A stretch of DNA of 64,000 nt, from NCBI GenBank assembly GCA_018653365.1, contig JABIAG010000003.1:32001-96000 (forward strand). Reading direction: 5' to 3'. Shown piece after piece: positions 29,301 through 37,548 of this stretch. Made by a program: the position numbers and the translations under genes. Under the pieces are notes generated by a model. It had not been told where the DNA came from, did no database searches, and saw only the letters and a list, made by a program, of their open reading frames with translations. Source of the stretch: Candidatus Woesearchaeota archaeon. Its GTDB lineage: Archaea > Nanobdellota > Nanobdellia > Woesearchaeales > JABIAG01. Position 1 is the first letter of the stretch; each line of letters starts with the position of its first letter.

Positions 29301-32300
29301 ATCATAAACTAAATTGTTATAATTAAATGAATAATTTACTGGTTTTCCTTCTGCAGTATTTGAAGAGTCAATTGAATGGTTAAAATGATCAATAATTGTT
29401 CCATCAATAACATAACTATTTGCTGCAGATGAATTAGCATTGTTGTCAGTTAAGGTATTGTTTAAAGTTGACAAGAGATAGATTGAAGATCCCAAGCTTG
29501 AAACTTTGTTTGAAATTATATTGTTATTGTTTGAGGTAACATAAATGCCATAGCTAATTCTAAAAGCGGTTATTGTGTTGTTAGATAGGGTATTGCCTGG
29601 TGATGCAAGATAAATTCCATGAGATGGATTTTGTGTGGCTGAAGCTGAAATTGTATTATTATTTATTGTATTGGAGATTGAATCTGATAATAAATAAACT
29701 CCATAAGCATTTCTTGCATTTATTGTTATTAAATTATTGTCAACCAAATTATTAGCTGATGATGTAAGATAGATTCCATGAGCTAGCTGATAATTAATTA
29801 GTGTTGTGATGTTGTTGTTAGAGATGGTTGTGTTTGAAGATGATGCTAGTGAGATCCCATAACCCAAACTCCCTAAGGTTGTTATGGTGTTGTTCTCAAT
29901 TGTCCAGTCTGAAGAGGAGGATAAGGAGATTCCATAACCATTCATCCCTGTGGTTGTTATTGTATTATTTTCAATTGTTCCATTGTTCCCACCCTCGGAA
30001 TAAATTGCGTATTTGTACCTTGTAGTATCGATTCCTTCTTTAATCACACAATTCTTTATGGTGGTAAAATTATATGCTCCGGAATTATTGATACCATACC
30101 CCAAAGTTCCAGCATAACTATAATTGATTTCATAGCCAACACAGTCCAAAGTTATGTTGTTGGCAGCAATTGTAAAACAGGTTCCTGTGTTGTTAACGGA
30201 TGCATTTAGGTTATAAATTGCATTTGAGATGTTAAGTTCACCACATTGACCAACATATTGGATGGCACTTTCGTCAACTGCATCTACTGTTAGAGTTCTT
30301 AGTTCAGTTTCATTTACATTTCCACTTAAATCCTGTGAGTATGCTTTGAATGTGTGATCTCCTTCTGCTAAACCAGTATAATTAGCTTCAACATATTTTG
30401 AAGTGGTATTTGCATATAATCCAAGAACTTCATCTGCGCTTAATGAACGATTAAAGATCATTACGTCGTCAATATATCCTTTCCAGAATTTTTCAGTTCC
30501 ATCATCCCTTGCCCCGATATAAACATTTTCATCAGGTCTATCAAAAATATCTCCACTAAAAGTTCCAGAATTATCTTCTCCTCCATCAACATATATTGTC
30601 TGAGTTGTACCATTATAAACTGCAACAACATGGTGCCATTTGTTGTCATCAACAGTTGTTGTTCCTTGAACTGCACCCGTACTTGAACCATCTTCTAAAA
30701 CAAATCTTGGCTGATAAACTGCATTAGCATTAGCATCATAAATTGCTAGATACCATCCTCTATTGGTCTCAGCAGCATCAGTATCATATCTTGACACAAT
30801 AGCATTCAGACCACTATTAGAAGTAATCGCAGGTCTCTTAATCCAAGTACTTATTGTCACTTCTTCGCTAAAATTAAGACTAGAATCTTGTCCAACATTC
30901 ACGTAATCTCCAGTTCCATCAAAATATGTCGCATGCCCTAGTTTTCCAGATGCATTTATCAATGCATTTCCAATAAGTGAACCATTATTCCTTCCAGTGT
31001 AGTCTGTTGGGTCTCCTGAAGCGTTTACATCGTCCATTCTCCACCAACTAACAAGCGAATTATCAAAATCAATAAAAGTAGAAATATTACTTGTCTCATC
31101 AGCTGAACTTACATTAACATAAATCGAATCAACTGAAATCTCAGTAGCATTATCTTCTGTTGGTTCTTCAAAACTAATATTCGGCGCCGTTGTATCTGGT
31201 GTTTCCGCCGCTTCAATAGTCAAACTCCTAACCTCAGTCAAATTCTCATTCCCAGCAGAATCCTTAGCCGAAGCAAAATAAGTATAATCCCCAACAGACA
31301 AACCATCAGTTGCATTCAATGATTGATTAACATAAAGATACCATTGTGTAGAATTAAACTTATTTAAATTTGAAACATATTGTTGATAGACTTCATCTGC
31401 TGTTAATGAACGATTCCAGATACGGACTTCGTCTATATTTCCAATAATATGGGTTGCTCCACCAGTAGCATGTCCCCCAATCCAAAGGTCTCTTGTTCCC
31501 CAATTAGGAGTTGTTGGAAAAGAAGTAGAACCTATTGATGCCCCATTAACAAAAAGCTCACCATCTGTTCCATTATACTGAGCAACAATATTATACCAAT
31601 TTCCTGCAACCATCCCATGTGCCTTTGTATTAAACATATAACCCGCTCCCGTACCAACATAAAACTCTAAATTATTTGCACTAGCGTCATCTATTCTTAA
31701 TGTATAGCCTACATTAGACAATGTTTTACCAAAATAAACATCTCCTGCAGGTAATGTTTTTGGCTTAACCCATAAAGAAGTACTCATAGACTCACTAAAC
31801 ACAAAATCAGAATCATGGGCAACAATTATTGCATCTCCAACCCCATCATAAGTAAAACAATTCCCATATTTACAATTAGTAACATTAACAACTGGATTTC
31901 CAGTCAATGCCCCATTATTCCCATTCCCACTCATATCAACAACATGCGTATCATTCTCACCCAACGCACTAACATTATCAAAATTCATCATCAAAACTAA
32001 CGAATCATTAAACATCGTAAAATTAGTCCCATTCCAATTATACTTTACTTCATCAAGATTCAACTCACTAATTGAAACATTAATCTCAACAGAAGTATTT
32101 GTAGTACTCGAACCATTATCCAAAGTTGGAGAAAAAAAATCAATCAAAGGGAAAGTCTGATCAGTAACATTAACCCACATCAAACTAGAATTCAAATTAT
32201 TAGAACTATCATTAATTGTAATATTCAAATTATACAAACCTAATCCCAAAATAGTATTATTAACCAAAGTCCCCGAACAATTAATTGCAAAGTTCGTCGA

Positions 32301-35276
32301 ATCATTCACAGCAAAACAATCCAAAGCAGTCTCATCAGTCGCATTAATATTATAACTCAAAGCTGTGCCCTGAGCAATTGTTTGATTTGTTGGTGTTGAG
32401 TCTGTAAAATACGGAAGAGTTGTGTCAGGAATTTCAACTCCTGTACAATCATATCCTCCATCAGTAATAGTCCAATCATATGTGCCAATTAAAGTGTCAT
32501 TTCTAGCACTTGCACCCAAACAATATGTGGCAGTTCCTGCATGGAATGGTTCGGATGAACTCAGAGTATCTAATGCAGCCCAGCCAGTTAATAAATTGTC
32601 GTAATTAGTTGTTGATATTTGTGTAACATAAAGCATATTAGTAAAGTCTGTAACTCCTGAAACATTTAAACTTCCCAAATCTTGGTCAAATGAAGTTGCG
32701 CCCCGGAACATAGTGTTCATACTTGTTACTTTTGATGTGTCCCAATTAGTTAAAGGCTGGTTGAATGCTGGTGCTGATCGGAACATTTCTTGCATTCCTG
32801 TTGAGACATCTCCGAGATACCAATTACTCACATTCCCATTAAATGCTGTTGCTGAGTAGAACATTCTGTAGAAGTTTGCGTTGTTTGACCAGTTCATGTC
32901 TTTCATGCTTCCGTTGAAAGCGTGTGCGGATTGGAACATCGAAACTGTGGTTGTTACTTTTGATGTGTCCCAAGTGTGTATGTCTTGGTTGAATGAAGTT
33001 GCAGATAAAAACATGTTTTGCATGCTTATTGGACTCTCACCTAAATGCCAGTTTGTTACGTTTCCATTAAATGCTGGTGCAGATTGAAACATGCTTGCAA
33101 AATTTGTATTGCTTGACCAGTTCATGTCTTGCATGTTTCCATTGAAAGAGTCGGTTCCGTAAAACATTTGGTAGGTTGATGTTATTTTACTTGTGTCCCA
33201 TGTGTGTATGTCTTGGTTGAATGCATCTGCTTGTTCAAACATGTTTCGTAAAGTCGCAGCTCCAATTGTCCAATTATCAACATTTCCATTGAATGCAGAA
33301 GCATAAGTAAACATGTTTGCAAGATTAGTATTGCTTGAAAAGTTCATATTACTCATATCTCCATTGAAAGCATCACAACCATAAAACATTTGATATGATG
33401 TTGTTACATTTGAAACATCCCACCCTGTAAGGTTTGAATTAAAACTATCTGCTTGATAAAACATATAAGATAAATCTGTAACTGCGGACATATCCCAGTT
33501 ACTTATATTAGGTATTGTTGATACGCCACTAGTTCTAAATGCATTAATAAAAGAGGTTGTCCCACTTGTGTTTAAAATATCTGTTGTAGAAATATTTAAA
33601 TTAGTACATCCATAAAAATATCCTCCTGAAGAACCCAGTGTGAGATTTCCCCATTGACTTATATTGATTAATTTAAGCCTGTCTCCTCCATTATTAAAAC
33701 TAAAACCATCAAGTGTTCCAGAAATATTAATCTGATAAATCCCTCCTGAATCATAGCTGTGAGTTACTTCTGCTTGATTGTATTCTGTAATTGTATCAGT
33801 ACTTCCATCTCCCCAATCAACTTCAAAATCATAATTCCCTCCATTAATTAATGGGAGTCTGACAGAAGTTGCATCACTTGAACCAGATGACGTTTTTGAA
33901 GTATCCCAAGTAGAAATAAAATCGGTTATAGAAACTGGATCAACAATATAATCAAACTCTACAGCTGAATCAACAACTTTTAAGTCAAATGTATCTTCAG
34001 TTCCATTTAGCTCAGTCAAATACTTTTTATACTCTTTATCTTCTGAAACATTTTCAAAAGTTATTAACAATACATCAGAACCTTGTGAATAAACTTCTAC
34101 TGTGGCGCTCCCATTTGATTTTGCATATATTGTAATGTCTCTTGTATTGTCTAATTCTTCTTCAAAGGTTACTCTTACGTATTCTCCATCATCAACTGTA
34201 ACCCAATTATCATCTTGTGCTTGTACAATATCGTAAATATCTGCAATAAATTCTTTGTTAGAATCTAAATGTTGGGCAGAACTAATTTCAATAATCAATG
34301 AATAACTCTGATTAGATAAATGTGGAACCACCCATTCAAGGTAGTCATATAATCCATTGTTGTTTGTATCATTTGCGGTATAACTTACCTCTTCCTTTCC
34401 ACCATTTACATTCCAATATAGCTTAACTCTATCTAATTCACTAATTTCATTAGGTAAATTTGTAAATGCTGTTACATTGGTGTAATGTGGTAAATCTGGA
34501 CCAACAATCAGGATCTCTTTTCCATTTGTAACAACTTCTTCTTCAGAATATGGTGCTTCGGTAAAGTATTCGGTTATTAATTCATCTTCAGGGGTCAGTT
34601 CTTCTGTTTTCTTTTTCTTTTTCGCTTTACTTTTTGCTGCCCCAAATTCTTTTTCTTGACCTTTTTTATTTGTAATTACATTTTGTGCATTAGTTGGTAA
34701 TGTAACAGTTACATTTTTGTTTTTATTTACCTTAATTTTTTGTTCCCATTTCACTAATTTATTTATCCTGGCAGAATGTTGTGTTGTTGTTATGGTTTCA
34801 TCTTCGGTGGTTATTGTGTTGTTTGTGGTTATGTTAATGGAACTATAATTTCCACTTGTAATTGGATCTTTAGAATAAACAATTGAATTAAGAACGTACT
34901 CAACCTCGCCCTCGATTTCGTGTCTGATCAAATACTTATTTTTTTTCAACTCCAAATTACAGGTTTCCACACAATAAGAATCAAAGCTAACACTTTCGCT
35001 ATTAACACTAAACTCATTTATTAAATAAAAATCAGTTCCCTTAACCAAATAACTTCTTACTAACCCCGTTCCATTTGCCATTCCACTTACTGCCACGCCC
35101 CCTAATGAAGTGCTAACTTGTGGCGTCCATAAATATACTGAACTTTCATCAAACGTTTTATCAATATTATCTTGATAGCCTCCCGTCACCATTCCAGTTA
35201 TTCCTGTTCCAAATCCGATCCCAATTATCACTAAACAAAACATTACTAGTATCCAGTGTTCGGCAGTTCTATTCAT
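26388..35276 (-). CDS. Giant (2962 aa) cell-surface glycoprotein/adhesin: PKD, BspA/DUF285 repeats, three LamG domains, NosD-like beta-helix, Ig-like domains, C-terminal TM
   Basis: VDWGDG..HSY; WDTSKVTxMxxMF repeats; IDEVRIWNRSL; GIYL repeats; many NxS/T sequons; poly-Gly linker; terminal TM with basic tail. Confidence 0.9.
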   Translation of the reverse strand: MNRTAEHWILVMFCLVIIGIGFGTGITGMVTGGYQDNIDKTFDESSVYLWTPQVSTSLGGVAVSGMANGTGLVRSYLVKGTDFYLINEFSVNSESVSFDSYCVETCNLELKKNKYLIRHEIEGEVEYVLNSIVYSKDPITSGNYSSINITTNNTITTEDETITTTQHSARINKLVKWEQKIKVNKNKNVTVTLPTNAQNVITNKKGQEKEFGAAKSKAKKKKKTEELTPEDELITEYFTEAPYSEEEVVTNGKEILIVGPDLPHYTNVTAFTNLPNEISELDRVKLYWNVNGGKEEVSYTANDTNNNGLYDYLEWVVPHLSNQSYSLIIEISSAQHLDSNKEFIADIYDIVQAQDDNWVTVDDGEYVRVTFEEELDNTRDITIYAKSNGSATVEVYSQGSDVLLITFENVSEDKEYKKYLTELNGTEDTFDLKVVDSAVEFDYIVDPVSITDFISTWDTSKTSSGSSDATSVRLPLINGGNYDFEVDWGDGSTDTITEYNQAEVTHSYDSGGIYQINISGTLDGFSFNNGGDRLKLINISQWGNLTLGSSGGYFYGCTNLNISTTDILNTSGTTSFINAFRTSGVSTIPNISNWDMSAVTDLSYMFYQADSFNSNLTGWDVSNVTTSYQMFYGCDAFNGDMSNMNFSSNTNLANMFTYASAFNGNVDNWTIGAATLRNMFEQADAFNQDIHTWDTSKITSTYQMFYGTDSFNGNMQDMNWSSNTNFASMFQSAPAFNGNVTNWHLGESPISMQNMFLSATSFNQDIHTWDTSKVTTTVSMFQSAHAFNGSMKDMNWSNNANFYRMFYSATAFNGNVSNWYLGDVSTGMQEMFRSAPAFNQPLTNWDTSKVTSMNTMFRGATSFDQDLGSLNVSGVTDFTNMLYVTQISTTNYDNLLTGWAALDTLSSSEPFHAGTATYCLGASARNDTLIGTYDWTITDGGYDCTGVEIPDTTLPYFTDSTPTNQTIAQGTALSYNINATDETALDCFAVNDSTNFAINCSGTLVNNTILGLGLYNLNITINDSSNNLNSSLMWVNVTDQTFPLIDFFSPTLDNGSSTTNTSVEINVSISELNLDEVKYNWNGTNFTMFNDSLVLMMNFDNVSALGENDTHVVDMSGNGNNGALTGNPVVNVTNCKYGNCFTYDGVGDAIIVAHDSDFVFSESMSTSLWVKPKTLPAGDVYFGKTLSNVGYTLRIDDASANNLEFYVGTGAGYMFNTKAHGMVAGNWYNIVAQYNGTDGELFVNGASIGSTSFPTTPNWGTRDLWIGGHATGGATHIIGNIDEVRIWNRSLTADEVYQQYVSNLNKFNSTQWYLYVNQSLNATDGLSVGDYTYFASAKDSAGNENLTEVRSLTIEAAETPDTTAPNISFEEPTEDNATEISVDSIYVNVSSADETSNISTFIDFDNSLVSWWRMDDVNASGDPTDYTGRNNGSLIGNALINASGKLGHATYFDGTGDYVNVGQDSSLNFSEEVTISTWIKRPAITSNSGLNAIVSRYDTDAAETNRGWYLAIYDANANAVYQPRFVLEDGSSTGAVQGTTTVDDNKWHHVVAVYNGTTQTIYVDGGEDNSGTFSGDIFDRPDENVYIGARDDGTEKFWKGYIDDVMIFNRSLSADEVLGLYANTTSKYVEANYTGLAEGDHTFKAYSQDLSGNVNETELRTLTVDAVDESAIQYVGQCGELNISNAIYNLNASVNNTGTCFTIAANNITLDCVGYEINYSYAGTLGYGINNSGAYNFTTIKNCVIKEGIDTTRYKYAIYSEGGNNGTIENNTITTTGMNGYGISLSSSSDWTIENNTITTLGSLGYGISLASSSNTTISNNNITTLINYQLAHGIYLTSSANNLVDNNLITINARNAYGVYLLSDSISNTINNNTISASATQNPSHGIYLASPGNTLSNNTITAFRISYGIYVTSNNNNIISNKVSSLGSSIYLLSTLNNTLTDNNANSSAANSYVIDGTIIDHFNHSIDSSNTAEGKPVNYSFNYNNLVYDGINLAQYGQIIFAWSNNITVQNSNITDDGISLFHTTNSTINNNFINSSTGYGIWLYPNSNNNNLSSNRIITDSTYGHGTFLDTSSNNILEHNNIEYNGTSAIGIYLYDSPNNNLTGNNLSSGQGAGYNTHGVYLRGSNNNVITSTIINISDTEYDSGTNGIYLYLSSNNVISNASVNLYGYALKGIYLYDDSLNNTISDSTFTITKDGGTNYALQANKDVITATFINTVLNCTNHLDIYTGTDTDAGSWLNFINVTFDETETSINDVLDLNVSWYLDVYVNDTLGNNKQGVNVSVDDVNNNEKFSVLTDVTGNIVRQTVKEYTQNKTGTYNYTPHSLNATLTGLSSYSNSSINISTNLQINIELSDYFPTISYVSPTLDNESSPTNTSVEINVSISEFNLDEVKYNWNGTNFTMFNDSLVLMMNFDNRSALGENDTYVVDMSGKGNDGSCSGDSCPSWSSSGKYDQAYSFDGGDYFSTGYNHSTNVGTIIYWVKYDVVSPIDQLVGHHDGNNRRFYIGIDGTGNTFYGFGDTYEGNGNGNPGVHGISAGDWHMLTLTGDGTTATYYVDSIAKDTFTYSWTAGTSTREFYIGDLNIVSGQYAVNGLIDEVRVWNRSLSASEVYQQYASNLNKFNETQWYLYVNQSLNATDGLPDGNYTYSASAKDDAGNENITELRTVTIDTSVDTVNPIINTAGGGGGGGGDGSIETLEEPIGYVKEIRKEIETTRSKISVNLIEGEGETEELTIINTGDTVLKLSIDIRGLKNVHSSTNSITLDPGKAETITLDFIAKETGVHTGNVLIETQGIMKSIPIVMKVATEKVLFDVKMDAERKELDSGKDLKTQITLLSMGKPKKVDVVITYTIKDMDDNTVWKSYETLAVDKELSFVKKFSTNNLITGNYIATVQADYEGAVAVAGNMFKVKGGKELTAGMAGLLNKESYTKIDSKLIGVLVVLSLVLFLIVRTVKTWKKE

Positions 35277-35403
35277 CTTTTAATTTATCCAGAGCTTTTA
35301 GTTTCATATAATCAGAAAGAGACAGGCCTAGCTTATTGGCTCGTTTTAATATTTCTTCTTTGTGTTCTTTAGATAGGTAAACATCTATCTTTACTTTGTG
35401 CAT
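35269..35403 (-). CDS. Small ribbon-helix-helix regulator (44 aa, not in the ORF track)
   Basis: MHKVKIDVYLSKEHKEEILKRANKLGLSLSDYMKLKALDKLKDE; overlaps the giant gene start. Confidence 0.8.
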   Translation of the reverse strand: MHKVKIDVYLSKEHKEEILKRANKLGLSLSDYMKLKALDKLKDE

Positions 35404-35434
35404 GTAGACTACATGCTGTCTGCATGTTTATAAA
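35401..35434 (-). promoter_or_regulatory. Putative RHH operator and TATA box
   Basis: Palindrome CATGTAG-A-CTACATG (35401-35415); CATG at an 11-bp period (35401, 35412, 35423); TTTATAAA 35427-35434. Confidence 0.6.
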
Positions 35435-35560
35435 GTTTGCTAAAAATAACAACATTTATAACAAAAATCTTAGATTTTTGGGATAGATGTTCCGAAAATT
35501 TGTCTCATTTTCGATACATTTATATTATTTTAACCCTAAAATGGTTTTGAAGGGGTGAGA

Positions 35561-36787
35561 ATGTATACTAATATTACTAAAGTTATTGCTAGAGAAATCC
35601 TAGATTCTAGAGGCACTCCCACTATTGAGGTTGATTTGTTCTCCAAAAAGATTAAAGCTACTGCTTCTGTCCCTTCTGGTGCTTCTGTTGGTATTCATGC
35701 TGCTTTAGAACTTAGAGATCATGAACAGCGTTATTTTGGTAAGGGTGTTAAAAAAGCAGTTGCTAACGTTAATACAATAATCTTTCCAGCGATTAAAGGA
35801 ATGTCTTGTTTTAATCAGAAGGCATTGGACAATTTTTTAATTACTTTAGATGGCACGCCTAATAAAGCTATATTGGGTGCTAATGCTATTTTGGCGGTAA
35901 GTCTTGCCAATGCACGTTTGGCATCAAAAATAAAAAATATTCCTTTATACAAACATATTTCAAAATTAGCTCAAACAAAACCTCGTCTTCCCACTCCATT
36001 CTTCAACGTTATCAATGGGGGAAAACATTCTGATTCTAAACTTGCTATTCAAGAATTCATGATTGTTCCTAAATCAAAATCATTTAAACAAGCCTTGAGG
36101 ATGGGTTCTGAAACATATCATATGTTGAAACACATTTTAGAAAAAAGGGGGGCAAACTCCACTAATGTGGGTGATGAGGGGGGTTTTGTTCCTAACATAG
36201 CAACAACTTCTCAAGCATTAAGACTTTTAACTAAGGCTATTAAAGCTGCAGGTTATGAAGGAAAAATAAAAATTGCAATGGATGCAGCGGCAACATCTTT
36301 TTTTAAAAGGGGTAAGTATAAAATTGATAAGAGAACGCTAACAAAAGATAAACTAGTCCAAAAGTATCGAAGAATGTTATTAAAATACCCAATTATTTCT
36401 TTAGAAGATCCTTTTTATGAAGAAGACTTCATTTCTTTTGCAAAGCTAACCAAACTTGTTGGTAAGAGTGTTCAAATTGTTGGTGATGATTTATTAGTTA
36501 CTAACATTGAAAGGATGGAAACAGCGATTAAAGCCAAATCTTGTAATTGTCTTTTACTAAAAGTAAACCAAATAGGAACTTTAACAGAAGCCATCAACGC
36601 ATTCAAACTAGCTAAAAAACAACGCTGGAATGTTATGGTCTCGCATCGTTCTGGTGAAACTGAAGATTCGTTCATTGCAGATCTTGTTGTTGGATTGGGT
36701 GCTGGTCAAATCAAGTCTGGAGCGCCCTGTCGATCAGAACGCCTAGCAAAATACAATCAATTATTGAGGATTGAGGAAGAATTATGA
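35561..36787 (+). CDS. eno: Enolase
   Basis: AREILDSRG.PT, VPSGAS, NVINGG.H, GDEGG, VGDDL, SHRSGETED, KYNQLLRIEE. Confidence 0.97.
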   Translation: MYTNITKVIAREILDSRGTPTIEVDLFSKKIKATASVPSGASVGIHAALELRDHEQRYFGKGVKKAVANVNTIIFPAIKGMSCFNQKALDNFLITLDGTPNKAILGANAILAVSLANARLASKIKNIPLYKHISKLAQTKPRLPTPFFNVINGGKHSDSKLAIQEFMIVPKSKSFKQALRMGSETYHMLKHILEKRGANSTNVGDEGGFVPNIATTSQALRLLTKAIKAAGYEGKIKIAMDAAATSFFKRGKYKIDKRTLTKDKLVQKYRRMLLKYPIISLEDPFYEEDFISFAKLTKLVGKSVQIVGDDLLVTNIERMETAIKAKSCNCLLLKVNQIGTLTEAINAFKLAKKQRWNVMVSHRSGETEDSFIADLVVGLGAGQIKSGAPCRSERLAKYNQLLRIEEEL

Positions 36788-37548
36788 GATCAAAAGAACT
36801 TAAGATTGCAATTAAGGCTGCAAGAGCTGCTGGAAGAATAACTTCAAAGTATTTTAAAAAAGAACTTACCATTTCTCATAAGGAAAAGAAGGAGATTGTA
36901 ACTAATGTTGATAAGGAATCTGAAAAAAAGATAATACATATAATTCAAAAATCATTTCCCTCTCATTCTATTTGGAGTGAGGAACGTCCAGAATTAAAAC
37001 AAAAATCAGATTATAGGTGGGTTATTGATCCCGTGGATGGTACTTTAAATTATGCTCATAAACTCCCCTTCTATTCTATCTCTATTGGTTTAGAATATAA
37101 AAAGAAACCGGTTGTTGCAGTCATTTATGTTCCTGCTCTTAATCTTTTATTTCACGCAGAGAAGGGAAAGGGAGCGTTTCTAAACAACAAACCTATTCAT
37201 GTAACAAAAACTTCACAAGATCTTCTTTATTTTGTTAGTACCAATGTTTTTTGTAATGTTGCACTAATGAAACTGTTAAGAACTGATCTAATTAACAGAG
37301 CGCTTCACATTAGGAGTTTGGGTTCGGCTGCTCTGGAATTTGGATTGGTTGCGAGTGGTAAGGCTAATGCTGCTTTTGAGTATGGGATTAAACCCGGGGA
37401 TATTGCTGCAGGAATACTGCTGGTTAAAGAGGCAGGGGGAAAGGTAGTTAATATTAATGGAAAACCTGCAACTTCTCGAGATAAGAATATTATTGCAACT
37501 AATTCACTTTCGCATCTAAAACAGTTTAAGGTCATAAAGAAAAAATGA
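36784..37548 (+). CDS. suhB: Inositol monophosphatase / FBPase family protein
   Basis: VTNVD..SE, SEE, WVIDPVDGT, GSAALE, DIAAG. Confidence 0.9.
   Translation: MRSKELKIAIKAARAAGRITSKYFKKELTISHKEKKEIVTNVDKESEKKIIHIIQKSFPSHSIWSEERPELKQKSDYRWVIDPVDGTLNYAHKLPFYSISIGLEYKKKPVVAVIYVPALNLLFHAEKGKGAFLNNKPIHVTKTSQDLLYFVSTNVFCNVALMKLLRTDLINRALHIRSLGSAALEFGLVASGKANAAFEYGIKPGDIAAGILLVKEAGGKVVNINGKPATSRDKNIIATNSLSHLKQFKVIKKK

Noticed and set aside
27265-32135. Diversity-generating retroelement TR/VR pair
   Set aside because: No reverse transcriptase in the window; both copies are in-frame domains, and differences are not adenine-specific
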